Assembly (NCBI GenBank): GCA_965223855.1 | Contig: CBDCXM010000009.1 | Coordinates: forward strand, 384,001 to 448,000 | DNA length: 64,000 bases | Direction of reading: 5' to 3' | Source: Candidatus Multivoradales bacterium | Lineage (GTDB): Bacteria; Acidobacteriota; Thermoanaerobaculia; Multivoradales; JAHEKO01 | Shown here: in pieces, positions 44,776 through 54,666 of the stretch | Numbering within the stretch: position 1 is the stretch's first letter | Layout of the letters: every line of letters starts with the position of its first letter | Notes under the pieces: model-generated | Database searches by the model: none | Told to the model about the DNA's origin: nothing | Seen by the model: the letters and a program-made list of their open reading frames with translations, nothing else | Position numbers and translations under genes: made by a program

Positions 44776-46350
44776 ATGCCTCTTCCAACCGCCACACCGG
44801 CTGCCAGTGCCGCCGAGCGCCGTGCGGCACTGTTGTTCGGCACCGCCCTGGCCGCCTGGGTCGCGCAACGCGTCGCGACCGTGTGGCCGTTCTCGACCGA
44901 CGACGCCTACATCACCTTGCGCTACGCCCGTCACTGGGCGAGCGGCCAGGGCCTGCTGTGGAACGTCGGCGAGGCCCCGGTCGAGGGCTACTCCAACTTT
45001 CTCTCGCTGACCCTGGCGACCGCGAGCCTTCGCCTCGGCATCGACCCCTTGCTCACGCTCAAGAGCCTCGGCGTCCTCTCTCTCTTCGTCGCCGGCGCCC
45101 TCCTGTGGCGGCAAGCGCGTCGCTGGGCCGGGCCGCTCGGCGCGCTGGCGGCGCCGGCCGCCCTGTCGGCCCTCACCGGCACAGTCTGGTGGAGCGTCAG
45201 CGGCCTCGAGACCACCCTCTACCTGGCGCTCGCCCTGCTGGCGATCACCTTCTTCCAGGCCGGTTGGGAGCCGACATGGAGGCAGAACGGGGAGCCGAAG
45301 CGCGGGCCGCTGATCGCCGCCGCCCTCTGCGCGCTGCTCGTCGCACTCACCCGCCCCGAGGGGCTGCTGATCGGCGGCGTGCTCGGCCTCTTTGCCCTCG
45401 TCACCCTGCGAAAGGCGAACCTCCAGGAAAGCGCCGACCGGCGGCGGCTGGCGGCGCTCGCTCTCTTCGCCGCCGTGGTGCTCGTGCCGTTCGCGCTCTA
45501 CACCGCATGGCGCCTCTCCTACTACGGGCGTCTGTTCCCCAATCCGGTCTACTGCAAGGTGAGCGGAGCGTTCGCGGACCGGACGCTGCTGCGCGACTAT
45601 CTCGGCGCTGCGTGGCCGCTCCTCGTGGCCGCCCTGCCGGCGCTTGTGCCCCGGCGCTTCGACCCCCGCCTGCTCCCCTACCTCATGATCGCCGCGCTCT
45701 ACGGCCTCCTGCTCCGCAACGCCGACCCGGTGATCGCCTACCACCATCGCCACACGCTGCTCGCCCTCGCCCTGCTCGCCGTCGTCGCCGCCGCTGGACT
45801 CGCCTCGCTGTCGCGTGTCGCGAGCGCTCGAAGTTCCCTCGATCGGCGGCTCCTCGATGCAGCCGCGGGCGTCGGAGTGTTTCTCATCGCCGTCTTCGCG
45901 GCGCGTCCGATCGCGGAGCTGGAGGCCGACACCGACCGCTACGTCGATCGGATGCGGGCGCGCTCCGAGGTGGCGGCGTTCCTCGACACCCACCTGCCGC
46001 CCGATGAGGTCTACGCGACCCCCGACGCCGGACTCATCCCCTACCGCACCCCCCACCCGGTGATCGACGCCATGTGCCTCAACTGCCGCGAGGCCACCGA
46101 GCCGCCGATCTCCCTCGACCCCTACCGCTACGGCGCCTGGCTCGTCGCCCGCAATCCCCGCTTTCTCGTCTCCGTTGTCGACGACCGGCACCGCGTCCGG
46201 ACCGGCTGGGCGATCGGCGCCCTCAGCCTGACGCCCCAGTTCCCGCTGGCCTACCGCGAAGTCGCGTTCTTCGAGACGACGACGCCCAATCTCCATTTCG
46301 CGGTGTTCGAGCGCCGGCCGGACTGGCCTCCCGCGAAAGAGGGCAGCTAG
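44776..46350 (+). CDS. Polytopic GT-C fold membrane glycosyltransferase-like protein
   Basis: DDAYITLRYA...GLLWN...VEGYSNFL, SGLET, TRPEG, YYGRLFPNPVYCK. Confidence 0.78.
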   Translation: MPLPTATPAASAAERRAALLFGTALAAWVAQRVATVWPFSTDDAYITLRYARHWASGQGLLWNVGEAPVEGYSNFLSLTLATASLRLGIDPLLTLKSLGVLSLFVAGALLWRQARRWAGPLGALAAPAALSALTGTVWWSVSGLETTLYLALALLAITFFQAGWEPTWRQNGEPKRGPLIAAALCALLVALTRPEGLLIGGVLGLFALVTLRKANLQESADRRRLAALALFAAVVLVPFALYTAWRLSYYGRLFPNPVYCKVSGAFADRTLLRDYLGAAWPLLVAALPALVPRRFDPRLLPYLMIAALYGLLLRNADPVIAYHHRHTLLALALLAVVAAAGLASLSRVASARSSLDRRLLDAAAGVGVFLIAVFAARPIAELEADTDRYVDRMRARSEVAAFLDTHLPPDEVYATPDAGLIPYRTPHPVIDAMCLNCREATEPPISLDPYRYGAWLVARNPRFLVSVVDDRHRVRTGWAIGALSLTPQFPLAYREVAFFETTTPNLHFAVFERRPDWPPAKEGS

Positions 46351-47306
46351 CCCGACTCGGCGCTGTCGGTGGGGGCCGCTGGTTCCTGCTTCACCGGCTC
46401 GAGCGTCCGCAGATACTCGTAGATCGCCGCCAGGTCCTCGTCCGTCATACCGGCGTAGCGCGACCAGGGCATGACGGTGTTGATCCTGTCGCCCGGGATG
46501 CGACTGCCCTCGGGCGGGGCGAAGGAGCGGAAGACGCCGATGAAGTTCTCCTGCGACCAGGCGCCGATGCGGTTCGACGGATGGGGAGTGAGGTTCTCGG
46601 AGAGCACCCGTTCCTCCGTGCCCCGCTCTTCCGTGCCGGGAATGCGGAAGCTGCGGCCGCCGCTGTAGTCCGCTCGATGGCAGAAGCTGCATTCGGCGAC
46701 GCCGGCGAGGTAGCGGCCGTACGCCACCCGATCGGTCGGGTCCACCGGCTCGGGAGCCTCGTACGGCTTCGGCAGCAGGCGGGCGAGGAGACGGAAGGCG
46801 AAACCCTCCTCCGGCTTCGGCGGTGTGTGCTCGATCGCCGGCATCACCCGGAGATAGGCGACGATGGCGGCGACGTCGGCCGGCGCGAGGCGGGCGTAGC
46901 TGTCGTAGGGCATGAACGGGTGGAGCGCCCTGCCGTCGCGGCCCACCCCGGCGGTGATCGCGCGCGCGATCTCGCCGTCGCTCCATTCACCGAGCGCCGC
47001 CGGGGTGATGTTGGCCGACCAGGTCTCCGGCCGCAGCACCCGCAGCGGCGCCCCCTTGCCCTCGGTGCCGGGCACCACCGGACCGCCGTAGAAGTCCCAG
47101 TTGCGCTCGGAATGGCAGTCGAGGCAGTTCGCCACGTTCTCGACCAGGTAGCGCCCTCGCTCGACATCGCCTCTCGGGAGGCGGTCGGCGACCTCCTCGG
47201 CCGGGCTGACGCGAGGGAAGAAGAGCAGGGCCGCCCCCAGCGCGAGGCCGACGACCGCGGTGAACGCCAGCACCAGCACCTTCAGGACCGACAGCAGCTT
47301 TCGCAC
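46347..47306 (-). CDS. Membrane-anchored diheme cytochrome c
   Basis: GTG at 47306 after GAGGAG; N-terminal TM; CLDCH and CSFCH; NITP/NLTP and MPY/MPW axial Met motifs. Confidence 0.9.
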   Translation of the reverse strand: MRKLLSVLKVLVLAFTAVVGLALGAALLFFPRVSPAEEVADRLPRGDVERGRYLVENVANCLDCHSERNWDFYGGPVVPGTEGKGAPLRVLRPETWSANITPAALGEWSDGEIARAITAGVGRDGRALHPFMPYDSYARLAPADVAAIVAYLRVMPAIEHTPPKPEEGFAFRLLARLLPKPYEAPEPVDPTDRVAYGRYLAGVAECSFCHRADYSGGRSFRIPGTEERGTEERVLSENLTPHPSNRIGAWSQENFIGVFRSFAPPEGSRIPGDRINTVMPWSRYAGMTDEDLAAIYEYLRTLEPVKQEPAAPTDSAESG

Positions 47307-47388
47307 GGCGGGACTCCTCGTCGAAACGGCTCCGGGGGACTCCGGGCCGAGCGGCGAAGCTAGCGAGGTCCGTCGCGGATGTCCTGAA

Positions 47389-48786
47389 TCAGTTCTTAAG
47401 CGTGCCGATCGCCGCTTTCCGGTGGCGGCGCGGCTCGTCGCGCATCGCCACCAGCAGCTCGTCCGGTCCGGCATGGCCGGCCAGCCACAACCCCGCCACG
47501 GAGGTTGCGACCCGCGGCACGAGGGGCGAGCCGGTGCCGAGGTCGGCTGCAGCCACCGAACGGACTTCGTCGTCGACCAGGTAGTGCAGTCGATCGCCGT
47601 CGATCGACCAGAACGGGTAGCTGCCGCGGCTGGTGGAGACCCTCGCCGGAGCGCCACCCGTCGCGAGATCGACGACGTAGACCTCCGGATCGCCGTCGAT
47701 GTCGGACACGAAGGCGACCCTGCGACCGTCGGGCGAGAGCGCACCGAACGCCTCGTGGCGGTGGGTTCGCACGATCGGCGTCGGCAGCCAGCTCCCGTCG
47801 GCCAGCCGCCGCAGCCGCCACAGATCGAAGCCGGTCTCGGGGTGATGCTCCGAATAGACGAGGGTCGCACCGTCGCGTGACCACGACTCCGGGTACTGAT
47901 CGAAAGGCGCATCGAGCAGCAGCTGCGAGGGCCCGCCCGGCTCGACGGCCCTCAGGACGAGATCGAAGGAGTCGCCCCGGCGCTGGGCCATGGCGAGCCT
48001 CGACCCTCCGGGCTGCCAGACGGGATCGGAGAACGAGCCTCCGGTCGCGATCCGATCGAGCCGGCCCGTGCGGGGCTCGGCGACCCAGACGTCCGACCGG
48101 CCGCCCTCGGTCATCGAGAATGCCATCCGGCCGCTGAGCGGATCGATCGAGAGATCGTTGAGAGGCAGCGACGGAATACGGAAGGTCTCGTGCTCCGGGC
48201 CGCCGAGAGAAACCGTCGCCAGCCGATAACGCGGCCGCTCCTTCGGCTCCGGTACCGCGGCTTCGGGAGTCCGGGTATCGGAATCGGTCGACATGTCGAG
48301 CGCCGGCGCCGCCGCGACCCCAACTCCGGCCCTTGCCCCAGCGGGATCTCCATCGCGAAGCGAGGTCGCTCCCCAGGCGAACAGAATCAGAGTCAACGAG
48401 GCCGCCAGGGGCAGTCGCCACGGAAGGCGCCGGCGAGCGGTCGACGAACGAGGCCTACAGACGGGAGCGACGAAGCGATATCCCCTGCGATGAACGGTCT
48501 CGATGTAGGTCGGTTGTCGCGCGTCGTCGTCGAGCTCCTGCCGCAACCGGCTCACCGCCTCCGACAGGGAACCGTCCGAGACGAAGGCGCCCTGCCAGAT
48601 GTCGTCGACCAGACGGTCGCGCGACACCGTCTCCCCCGGGCATTGCAGCAGCCCTTCGAGCAGGCGGATCGAACGATCCGGCAGCTCGATCGCCGTCCCA
48701 TCGCGCGAAAGCACCCGCTCTCCCCGGTCGAATCGGAACGGCCCGAACGCGACGGGATCCTCGGGAGGGGCGGAGTGCGCGGACAT
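47389..48786 (-). CDS. CadC-like winged-helix transmembrane regulator with TolB/PD40 propeller
   Basis: FGPFRFD...LRQELDDDARQPTYIETVHRRGYRFVAPV, a TM, then WSRDG and LSPDGRRVAFVS repeats. An alternative start exists at 48837. Confidence 0.85.
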   Translation of the reverse strand: MSAHSAPPEDPVAFGPFRFDRGERVLSRDGTAIELPDRSIRLLEGLLQCPGETVSRDRLVDDIWQGAFVSDGSLSEAVSRLRQELDDDARQPTYIETVHRRGYRFVAPVCRPRSSTARRRLPWRLPLAASLTLILFAWGATSLRDGDPAGARAGVGVAAAPALDMSTDSDTRTPEAAVPEPKERPRYRLATVSLGGPEHETFRIPSLPLNDLSIDPLSGRMAFSMTEGGRSDVWVAEPRTGRLDRIATGGSFSDPVWQPGGSRLAMAQRRGDSFDLVLRAVEPGGPSQLLLDAPFDQYPESWSRDGATLVYSEHHPETGFDLWRLRRLADGSWLPTPIVRTHRHEAFGALSPDGRRVAFVSDIDGDPEVYVVDLATGGAPARVSTSRGSYPFWSIDGDRLHYLVDDEVRSVAAADLGTGSPLVPRVATSVAGLWLAGHAGPDELLVAMRDEPRRHRKAAIGTLKN

Positions 48787-48840
48787 CGGTATCGGTGGTA
48801 CGAAGAAGAGAAGAGCGGAGTTGCCCGATCTCCGCACCGA

Positions 48841-49203
48841 TCAGCCGCGCTTGCGTGCCACCGCCTCGGTCATCACCTTGCGGAGGCTCTCCAGTGGCAG
48901 CTCGTCTCCCGGCGCGAAGCGCAGCACGCACTTGCTCTGCGGGATACCCGCCAGCTCGTCCGCGAACTCTGCCAGAAGGCCGAGAGTCAGCACGTAGAGG
49001 TTGACCTGCTTCTTATTGGCCGAGAGGGCGAACAGGCTGCCGTCGAGATCGTAGGCGATCGTTCCCCACTTGACGGAGACCTCGGCCTCCGGAACCAGCT
49101 CTTCGATCAGACCCTTGAGGGCACCGAAGTGGGGCCGGTGAGCCTCCGCGAGGGAGCCCTCCAGCTCGGCAATCTCGCTTGCGACGTCGGCATCCATCTT
49201 CAC
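48841..49203 (-). CDS. DUF1801 (YdhG-like) protein
   Basis: VPEAEVSVKWGTIAY, KQVNLY, SKCVLRF. Confidence 0.78.
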   Translation of the reverse strand: MKMDADVASEIAELEGSLAEAHRPHFGALKGLIEELVPEAEVSVKWGTIAYDLDGSLFALSANKKQVNLYVLTLGLLAEFADELAGIPQSKCVLRFAPGDELPLESLRKVMTEAVARKRG

Positions 49204-49352
49204 GATCCCTCTCGACGCTCCCGGCGGAGCGCCCTCACTCTCTCAAGCTCTCGATCGCTCGCCTTCCTCGTCTCCGAGCGAAGCTGACCCGGTCGGTCGG
49301 CGCGCAGCCGACCGCGAGGACTGGTCCTCAGCTCAGCGACAGCCGACTCGAC

Positions 49353-49991
49353 TCAGTCGACGTCGAACTCCATCAGCTCCACCGGCACGACCACGGTGCC
49401 CGAAACCCGCACCATGGCGTTCTGGCCGGCGACATTGTTGAATGGCGATCCGAAGGCATTCGCCGCCGTCACCGCATGGAAGCCCTGGCCGTTGGTCGAA
49501 GCGCTCCGCATCCCGACCGCGTCGGCCGACGAGACGTAGTTGCTCGACGCCAGCACGATCCCCATGAAGACCGACGGCACCGGTGCCGCCAGAGCGAAGG
49601 TGTTGAACTGATAGGGGACCTGACTTCCGGCGTACGCGACGCCGTAGATGCCGGTATTGGCCGTGTTGAGGATCGCCAGCACCGGGAAGGTGGCATCCTG
49701 CCCGCCCCAGTAGGCGGCGATTGCCGTGACGGTGCCCGGAGACAGCGGCGCGCCGCTGCGGCTGTCGAAGCGGTTGCCGATCAGCAGAGCCGGTCCCGGC
49801 AGCAGCGAGTCCGCGGGCGTGCCGGGGTCGTACTGGACGGTGCCGGTGCCGAGCTTCTTGGTGTCGCTCGCCTGGCCCGAGCCGTCGCGGCCGACCCAGC
49901 CCTGCCCCTCGGCCGGAGCCGCGAGATGGAACGAGGTGACGAGCAGCGCACACAGGAAGACGATCGACTTCATTGCCGGAAAAGCTCTCAT
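49353..49991 (-). CDS. Secreted hypothetical protein ending in a PVEL-type C-terminal motif
   Basis: GGAAGGAG RBS, ATG at 49991, signal peptide, C-terminus VVPVELMEFDVD. Confidence 0.75.
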   Translation of the reverse strand: MRAFPAMKSIVFLCALLVTSFHLAAPAEGQGWVGRDGSGQASDTKKLGTGTVQYDPGTPADSLLPGPALLIGNRFDSRSGAPLSPGTVTAIAAYWGGQDATFPVLAILNTANTGIYGVAYAGSQVPYQFNTFALAAPVPSVFMGIVLASSNYVSSADAVGMRSASTNGQGFHAVTAANAFGSPFNNVAGQNAMVRVSGTVVVPVELMEFDVD

Positions 49992-50152
49992 GGGGTTCTC
50001 CTTCCAGACGGCCCTGCCCGCATGACACCGGTCCCGGCAGCGGCTCACTCTCGTAAGTGTTGATCTTCAACATCTTATCAGCTCCGCGACCGCTGCCTCC
50101 GATCCGAAGGCCTGGAGACGCCGATCTCCCAGCTCATGAGGACGAGGCGTGC

Positions 50153-50497
50153 CTACCCACGTCGTGCAGTCGGGCGGCGCAGCACATAGACCCACGCCCG
50201 CAGCCGGGAGCCGTCGTCGAGGGTGACCTCGGCTGTGACCCGTTCGTACTCGGCGCCTTCGAAAGCGTCGAGATCCGACCACCGCGAAGCGAGCCCCGAA
50301 GAGGCCAGGACACGGCCGTGGACGCGCTCTCCCTCCGGGTCGAGAGTCAGGGCCGGGTAGCCCAGTACCGCCCCCCAGCCGGCCTCGCGGAGTCGCCCGC
50401 GCACCCACCCCCGCCGCCACTCACCTTCGAGATCGGCGAGCTGGTCGGCGTTCGAGCCACCGGGCTGGAGCGAGCCGTAGACGAAGAGCTGTTCCAT
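50153..50497 (-). CDS. Gamma-glutamylcyclotransferase family protein
   Basis: LFVYGSL, GYPAL, LDAFEGAEYER, AWVY. Confidence 0.88.
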   Translation of the reverse strand: MEQLFVYGSLQPGGSNADQLADLEGEWRRGWVRGRLREAGWGAVLGYPALTLDPEGERVHGRVLASSGLASRWSDLDAFEGAEYERVTAEVTLDDGSRLRAWVYVLRRPTARRG

Positions 50498-50631
50498 CAG
50501 CGAGCCTATTGTGTCGTGGCACCGCCACGCGCGGGCAGTAACATCAGCGGCCGGTCCAGGGACCATCTCCATGCGCGGCGACTCTCTCCGCGTGGCCGCC
50601 AGGGCGGCAACAGGGCAAACAAGGAGGATCG

Positions 50632-53538
50632 ATGGCCGAACTCAGTTCCCTCAACGACGTCTTCCGCTTTCTCCAGCTCCGCGCGAGCGACCCTTCCGAA
50701 GTCGAGGGCCCCGCGATCGACGACACCACCGGGCTTGCAGAAGCGCTCGCCGGCGTCGACGACGCGAGCCACCGGCGCCGGATCGCCCGCGAGGCTCTCG
50801 GCGGCGGCACGCCCCGTGCCGAGGACAGCCCGCTCGGGCGCAGGCTCCTGCCACTCGTGCGGAGACTGACCGGCGGCGGGACCGTTGAGCCCGACGACTT
50901 CGTGGCGGCAGGACCTCTCGCCGCCTCGCGCGAGGGAGCGGCCGCCGTGCGATCGATGTCCGACGCCATCCTCGCCGGCCTCTACTCCGGGCTCGAAGCA
51001 GCGCAGCAGCGCGGCTTCCGGGAACTGGTCGCGGTCTACAAGCTGGCTGTGGCGATGCGACGGGAGCGCGGCCACGTGCTCACAGTCGACCAGGCGCGCG
51101 AGGTGCTCTCGCGGCCGCTGGCCTTTCCGGACTCTCTCGGACGGTCGGCACAACCTCGGGAAGAGCCGCCTGCGGCGCGCGAGCGCGTCGATGACACCGG
51201 GACGGATCGTGGCGCCGTCCGGCGGGGCGATCTGCGCAACGTCGCACCGCCGATGCGGCGCGTCTCCGGGCTTGCCGTCGCGATCGACGAGCTGGTCCGC
51301 ATCGATCGCCACGACAATGTCGTGCAGCCGGCCGACGGCGTCCGCCACCCCTTCGTCCTCACCCCGGAGGCCCGCGCGCGGCTGACCCCCCGGACCCGGG
51401 AGGTGCTCGAGAAGGAGGGGATCGATCTCGGCACGACCCCGATCCACCGCGCTACGGAGGCGCTATCGCTCGCCACCGAGACGGCCCTCGCGACCGAGGC
51501 TCCCCTCCTGCGCTCGACGAGCTTCGTTTCGCACAATCCCGCGCAATCGCAGTCGCACTTCATCGGGCCGCGCTACCGGCCGGCCGGCGTCGCGGATCTG
51601 CTGGTCGTCAAGCAGCAGATCAAGCGTTACGAGGCGGCGGAGATCGCGCACGTCGAGAACGCGCTGGCCGGGGAACGACGCGCCCGCTCTCATCGCAAGC
51701 TCGAGCGCAGCGAGGAGCTGTTCCGTCGCGAGGTCGAGCGCACGACCGAGGAGGAGCACGAGCTCCATTCCGCCGACCGCTTCGAGCTCAACCGCGAGAC
51801 TTCGCGCACGCTGCGCAACGACCAGCAGGTCGGCTTCCGTCTGTCGCTGTCGGGCAAGTACGGCCCGGCGGTCGAGTTCGAGAACGAACTGGCGGTCCAG
51901 AACCAGTCGACCAGCGAGACGGCCGCCAGGAGCGCCAGCCGCTACGCCCGCGAGATCGTCGATCGAACCGTCGAACGGGTCGCCGAGACGGTCAGCGAGA
52001 CCCGCAGTCGCAAGCTCGTCCGTGAGGCGGAGGAGACGAACCTCCACGAGCTCGACAACGAATCGAACGAGCACCGGCGCGGCATCTATCAGTTCCTCGA
52101 GAAGGTCTACGAAGCGCAGGTCTTCAACTACGGCGTGCGCCAGATGTTCGAGTTCATGGTGCCGGAGCCGGCGTCCTACCTGTGGCACCTCGAGGGCAAT
52201 CCCGAGACCGGCCTGCAACTGCCGCAGCCGCCGATCGACCTGAGGAGCGTGCTGCCCGGGCCGCTGGCGCAGCTCGACGCTCTCTATCTGCTGCTCGGAC
52301 CGCTTTACGGCGCCACGGAACTCGATCCGCCGCCGCCGCCGTTTCGCATGGTCTCGGCAAGTGTGCAGCACGGCGAGGAGGACGGCAGCGAAGCCGACCA
52401 GCCGCGCAGCGTGCAGAAACTCGAGCTCTCCATCCCCGATGGCTACGAACCGTGGCGCGGCACGCTGAACCTGTCGCTCCTGAGCGACAACACGTCCGAC
52501 CTCGTCGTGCTCGTCACGATCGGGCACCGGACGATCCGATGGCAGCCCGGCCCAGGGGACGCGGTCGACATCCACAAGGTCGATTTCGCCACCGACCAGA
52601 TTTCGTTCGATCTCTCGGACGATACGCACGAACTCACCTCCGAGAGCAAGCTGCCGGCCACTGCAGTCGTCTACGAGAGCGACAGCTACGCCGTCAGCAT
52701 CACGGTCGTCTGCAAGCGCAGCAGCGAGGCGCTCCAGGCGTGGCGGCTCGCGACCTACGAGAAGCTGCAGGCGGCCTACTCCGATCGGCTGCGCGAATAC
52801 GAGCAGCAGGTCGAGGCGCTCAAGGCAGCCGCCTCCCAGCAGGAGGAGCTCCTCCCCTACGGTGCGCCGCCACCGCAGAACCTCGAGACCATCGCCGGAG
52901 AGCTGCGCAAGCACTGCCTGACGATCCTCACCGGCCAGCGCTTCGAGGATTTCGGCTCGGTGTCCGAGCCGCCGGACGGGCCGCCGCAGTTCGACTTCCT
53001 GCGGGCGGCCGGCGAAGGGAGCATCGTCCGCTTCTTCGAGCAGGCGTTCGAGTGGCACCAGTTGCAGTACGTCTTCTACCCCTACTTCTGGAGTCGCAGG
53101 GAGACCTGGGCCGATCGCTTTCTGCGCCAGGACGCAGACCCGCAGTTCCGGGAGTTCCTGCGCGCCGGCGCCGCAAGGGTCGTCGTCCCGGTTCGCCCCG
53201 GCTTCGAGCCGGCGGTCGCTCACTTCCTCCAGACCGGGCAGCTATGGCACGGCGACGGAGCGCCGCCGGCGATCGGCGACGAGACGTATCTGCCGATCCT
53301 CGAAGAGATCCGCCAGCGCCGCGGCGCACCCGAGGGCGAGATCCCGGTCGGCGAGCCCTGGGAGGTTAGGCTGCCGACGGCTCTCGTCGCCGTGCGCACG
53401 ACCGACGACCTGCCGGCGTGGGAACGGGTCGAAGGTCAGAGTTGGAGCTGGCGGCCCGTCGATCCCCCGCCCACGGATGTGTCGGCAGGCGACGGCACCG
53501 GCGACGCCGGGGACGGCGGCGGCGACGACACGGACTGA
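50632..53538 (+). CDS. Large hypothetical protein, possibly pore-forming-toxin-like
   Basis: AAGGAGG RBS; 968 aa. Blocks GVADLLVVKQQIKRYEAAEIAHVEN and FFEQAFEW...YPYFW...DPQFREFLRAGAARVVVPVRPG. The gene is well supported; the function is inferred. Confidence 0.7.
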   Translation: MAELSSLNDVFRFLQLRASDPSEVEGPAIDDTTGLAEALAGVDDASHRRRIAREALGGGTPRAEDSPLGRRLLPLVRRLTGGGTVEPDDFVAAGPLAASREGAAAVRSMSDAILAGLYSGLEAAQQRGFRELVAVYKLAVAMRRERGHVLTVDQAREVLSRPLAFPDSLGRSAQPREEPPAARERVDDTGTDRGAVRRGDLRNVAPPMRRVSGLAVAIDELVRIDRHDNVVQPADGVRHPFVLTPEARARLTPRTREVLEKEGIDLGTTPIHRATEALSLATETALATEAPLLRSTSFVSHNPAQSQSHFIGPRYRPAGVADLLVVKQQIKRYEAAEIAHVENALAGERRARSHRKLERSEELFRREVERTTEEEHELHSADRFELNRETSRTLRNDQQVGFRLSLSGKYGPAVEFENELAVQNQSTSETAARSASRYAREIVDRTVERVAETVSETRSRKLVREAEETNLHELDNESNEHRRGIYQFLEKVYEAQVFNYGVRQMFEFMVPEPASYLWHLEGNPETGLQLPQPPIDLRSVLPGPLAQLDALYLLLGPLYGATELDPPPPPFRMVSASVQHGEEDGSEADQPRSVQKLELSIPDGYEPWRGTLNLSLLSDNTSDLVVLVTIGHRTIRWQPGPGDAVDIHKVDFATDQISFDLSDDTHELTSESKLPATAVVYESDSYAVSITVVCKRSSEALQAWRLATYEKLQAAYSDRLREYEQQVEALKAAASQQEELLPYGAPPPQNLETIAGELRKHCLTILTGQRFEDFGSVSEPPDGPPQFDFLRAAGEGSIVRFFEQAFEWHQLQYVFYPYFWSRRETWADRFLRQDADPQFREFLRAGAARVVVPVRPGFEPAVAHFLQTGQLWHGDGAPPAIGDETYLPILEEIRQRRGAPEGEIPVGEPWEVRLPTALVAVRTTDDLPAWERVEGQSWSWRPVDPPPTDVSAGDGTGDAGDGGGDDTD

Positions 53539-53549
53539 GACCCCGCGCC

Positions 53550-54617
53550 ATGGCCGACCTCAAGCAGATCGTCTTCGTCCGGGGCACCAAGCAGCCCGAG
53601 CTGACGATGTGGCGCTACTTCCACTTTCACCCGCACGACGAAGTCGACATCGGGCCGGTCCAGCTCGTCTACTTCGACTATCCCGAGAACCAGCTCCTGA
53701 AGTGGAAGCGGTGGAAGCCCGTGCGAGGCAGCAAGCGGGAGGACGTCCTGCCCGACCCGGACAGCGTCGAGGATCTGGAACCTCGGATCGAGTGGCGGAA
53801 CTACGAGGACCAGAAGGTCCAGAGGACGCCGAAGCGAGCTTCGATCGTCGCTCTCTACGACTACGTCAAGGCTCAACCCTCGAAGAGCATCCTGTCGTTG
53901 CAGTTCTTCAGCCACGGATTCTGGAAGGGGCCGATTCTGTGGAACGACGTATCGGAAGACGATGCGGTCGCCGCCATGCCGGTCGAAGAACCGCGCGATC
54001 CACACGACACCGAGCCGCGCGTGCGGGACTTCTACGGTCTCAACCCGCTTGCCGGCACCGACGGTTTTCTCTTCGCCGGCAGCTTCGTCGACGACCCCTT
54101 CGTCAAGCTCTGGGGCTGCGACGCAGCCGACGCCGCCCGTCTCGCCATCAACACGATTCTCGACGAGGACACGTCGACGCGCGAGGGCCGCGTCCGCCGA
54201 CTTCACGACGTCGGTCAGTACCTGGAAGACAGGATCGGCACCACCTACGCCCTTCACCTGGCGGACCTTCTCGGTGTCACCGTCTGGGGGGCACCGCCCG
54301 GCTGGGGGAGCAATCCGTGGTCGGGTCCCGAGAAGCTCGACGACGACACCTACATGGGCAACTTCCCGCCCGACCTGTCGAAAGAGAGATGGTGGCGGAT
54401 GACCACGACCTTCAAACGCAGACACGAGCGCTTCTTTCGCGACGAACTCGAGGCACCGATCGACGCCGCCCGCTACATCGGCTTCAACGTCGGCTGGTAC
54501 CACGATGCCGTGCGGCGCAACCGCGCCGGCAAGAGGGTCCTGGAGGTCACCGATCCCAAGGCCCTCCAGAAGCGCCTCCGCGAGCGCCATCCCTGGCTGC
54601 CTGGCGCAGGCGATTGA
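53550..54617 (+). CDS. Hypothetical protein with a caspase/CPD-like His-Cys dyad
   Basis: ATG at 53550, 11 nt after the upstream stop. LQFFSHG and VKLWGC followed by LADLLGVTVWG. Confidence 0.65.
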   Translation: MADLKQIVFVRGTKQPELTMWRYFHFHPHDEVDIGPVQLVYFDYPENQLLKWKRWKPVRGSKREDVLPDPDSVEDLEPRIEWRNYEDQKVQRTPKRASIVALYDYVKAQPSKSILSLQFFSHGFWKGPILWNDVSEDDAVAAMPVEEPRDPHDTEPRVRDFYGLNPLAGTDGFLFAGSFVDDPFVKLWGCDAADAARLAINTILDEDTSTREGRVRRLHDVGQYLEDRIGTTYALHLADLLGVTVWGAPPGWGSNPWSGPEKLDDDTYMGNFPPDLSKERWWRMTTTFKRRHERFFRDELEAPIDAARYIGFNVGWYHDAVRRNRAGKRVLEVTDPKALQKRLRERHPWLPGAGD

Positions 54618-54666
54618 GGCCGCCGGGGGCAAGAAACCGCCCGGCGACCTCGAGGCTACTGCGACT

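Noticed and set aside
46605-46640. GTEER-GTEER tandem duplication in the cytochrome c
   Set aside because: A 15-bp in-frame slippage in a probable loop; unremarkable.
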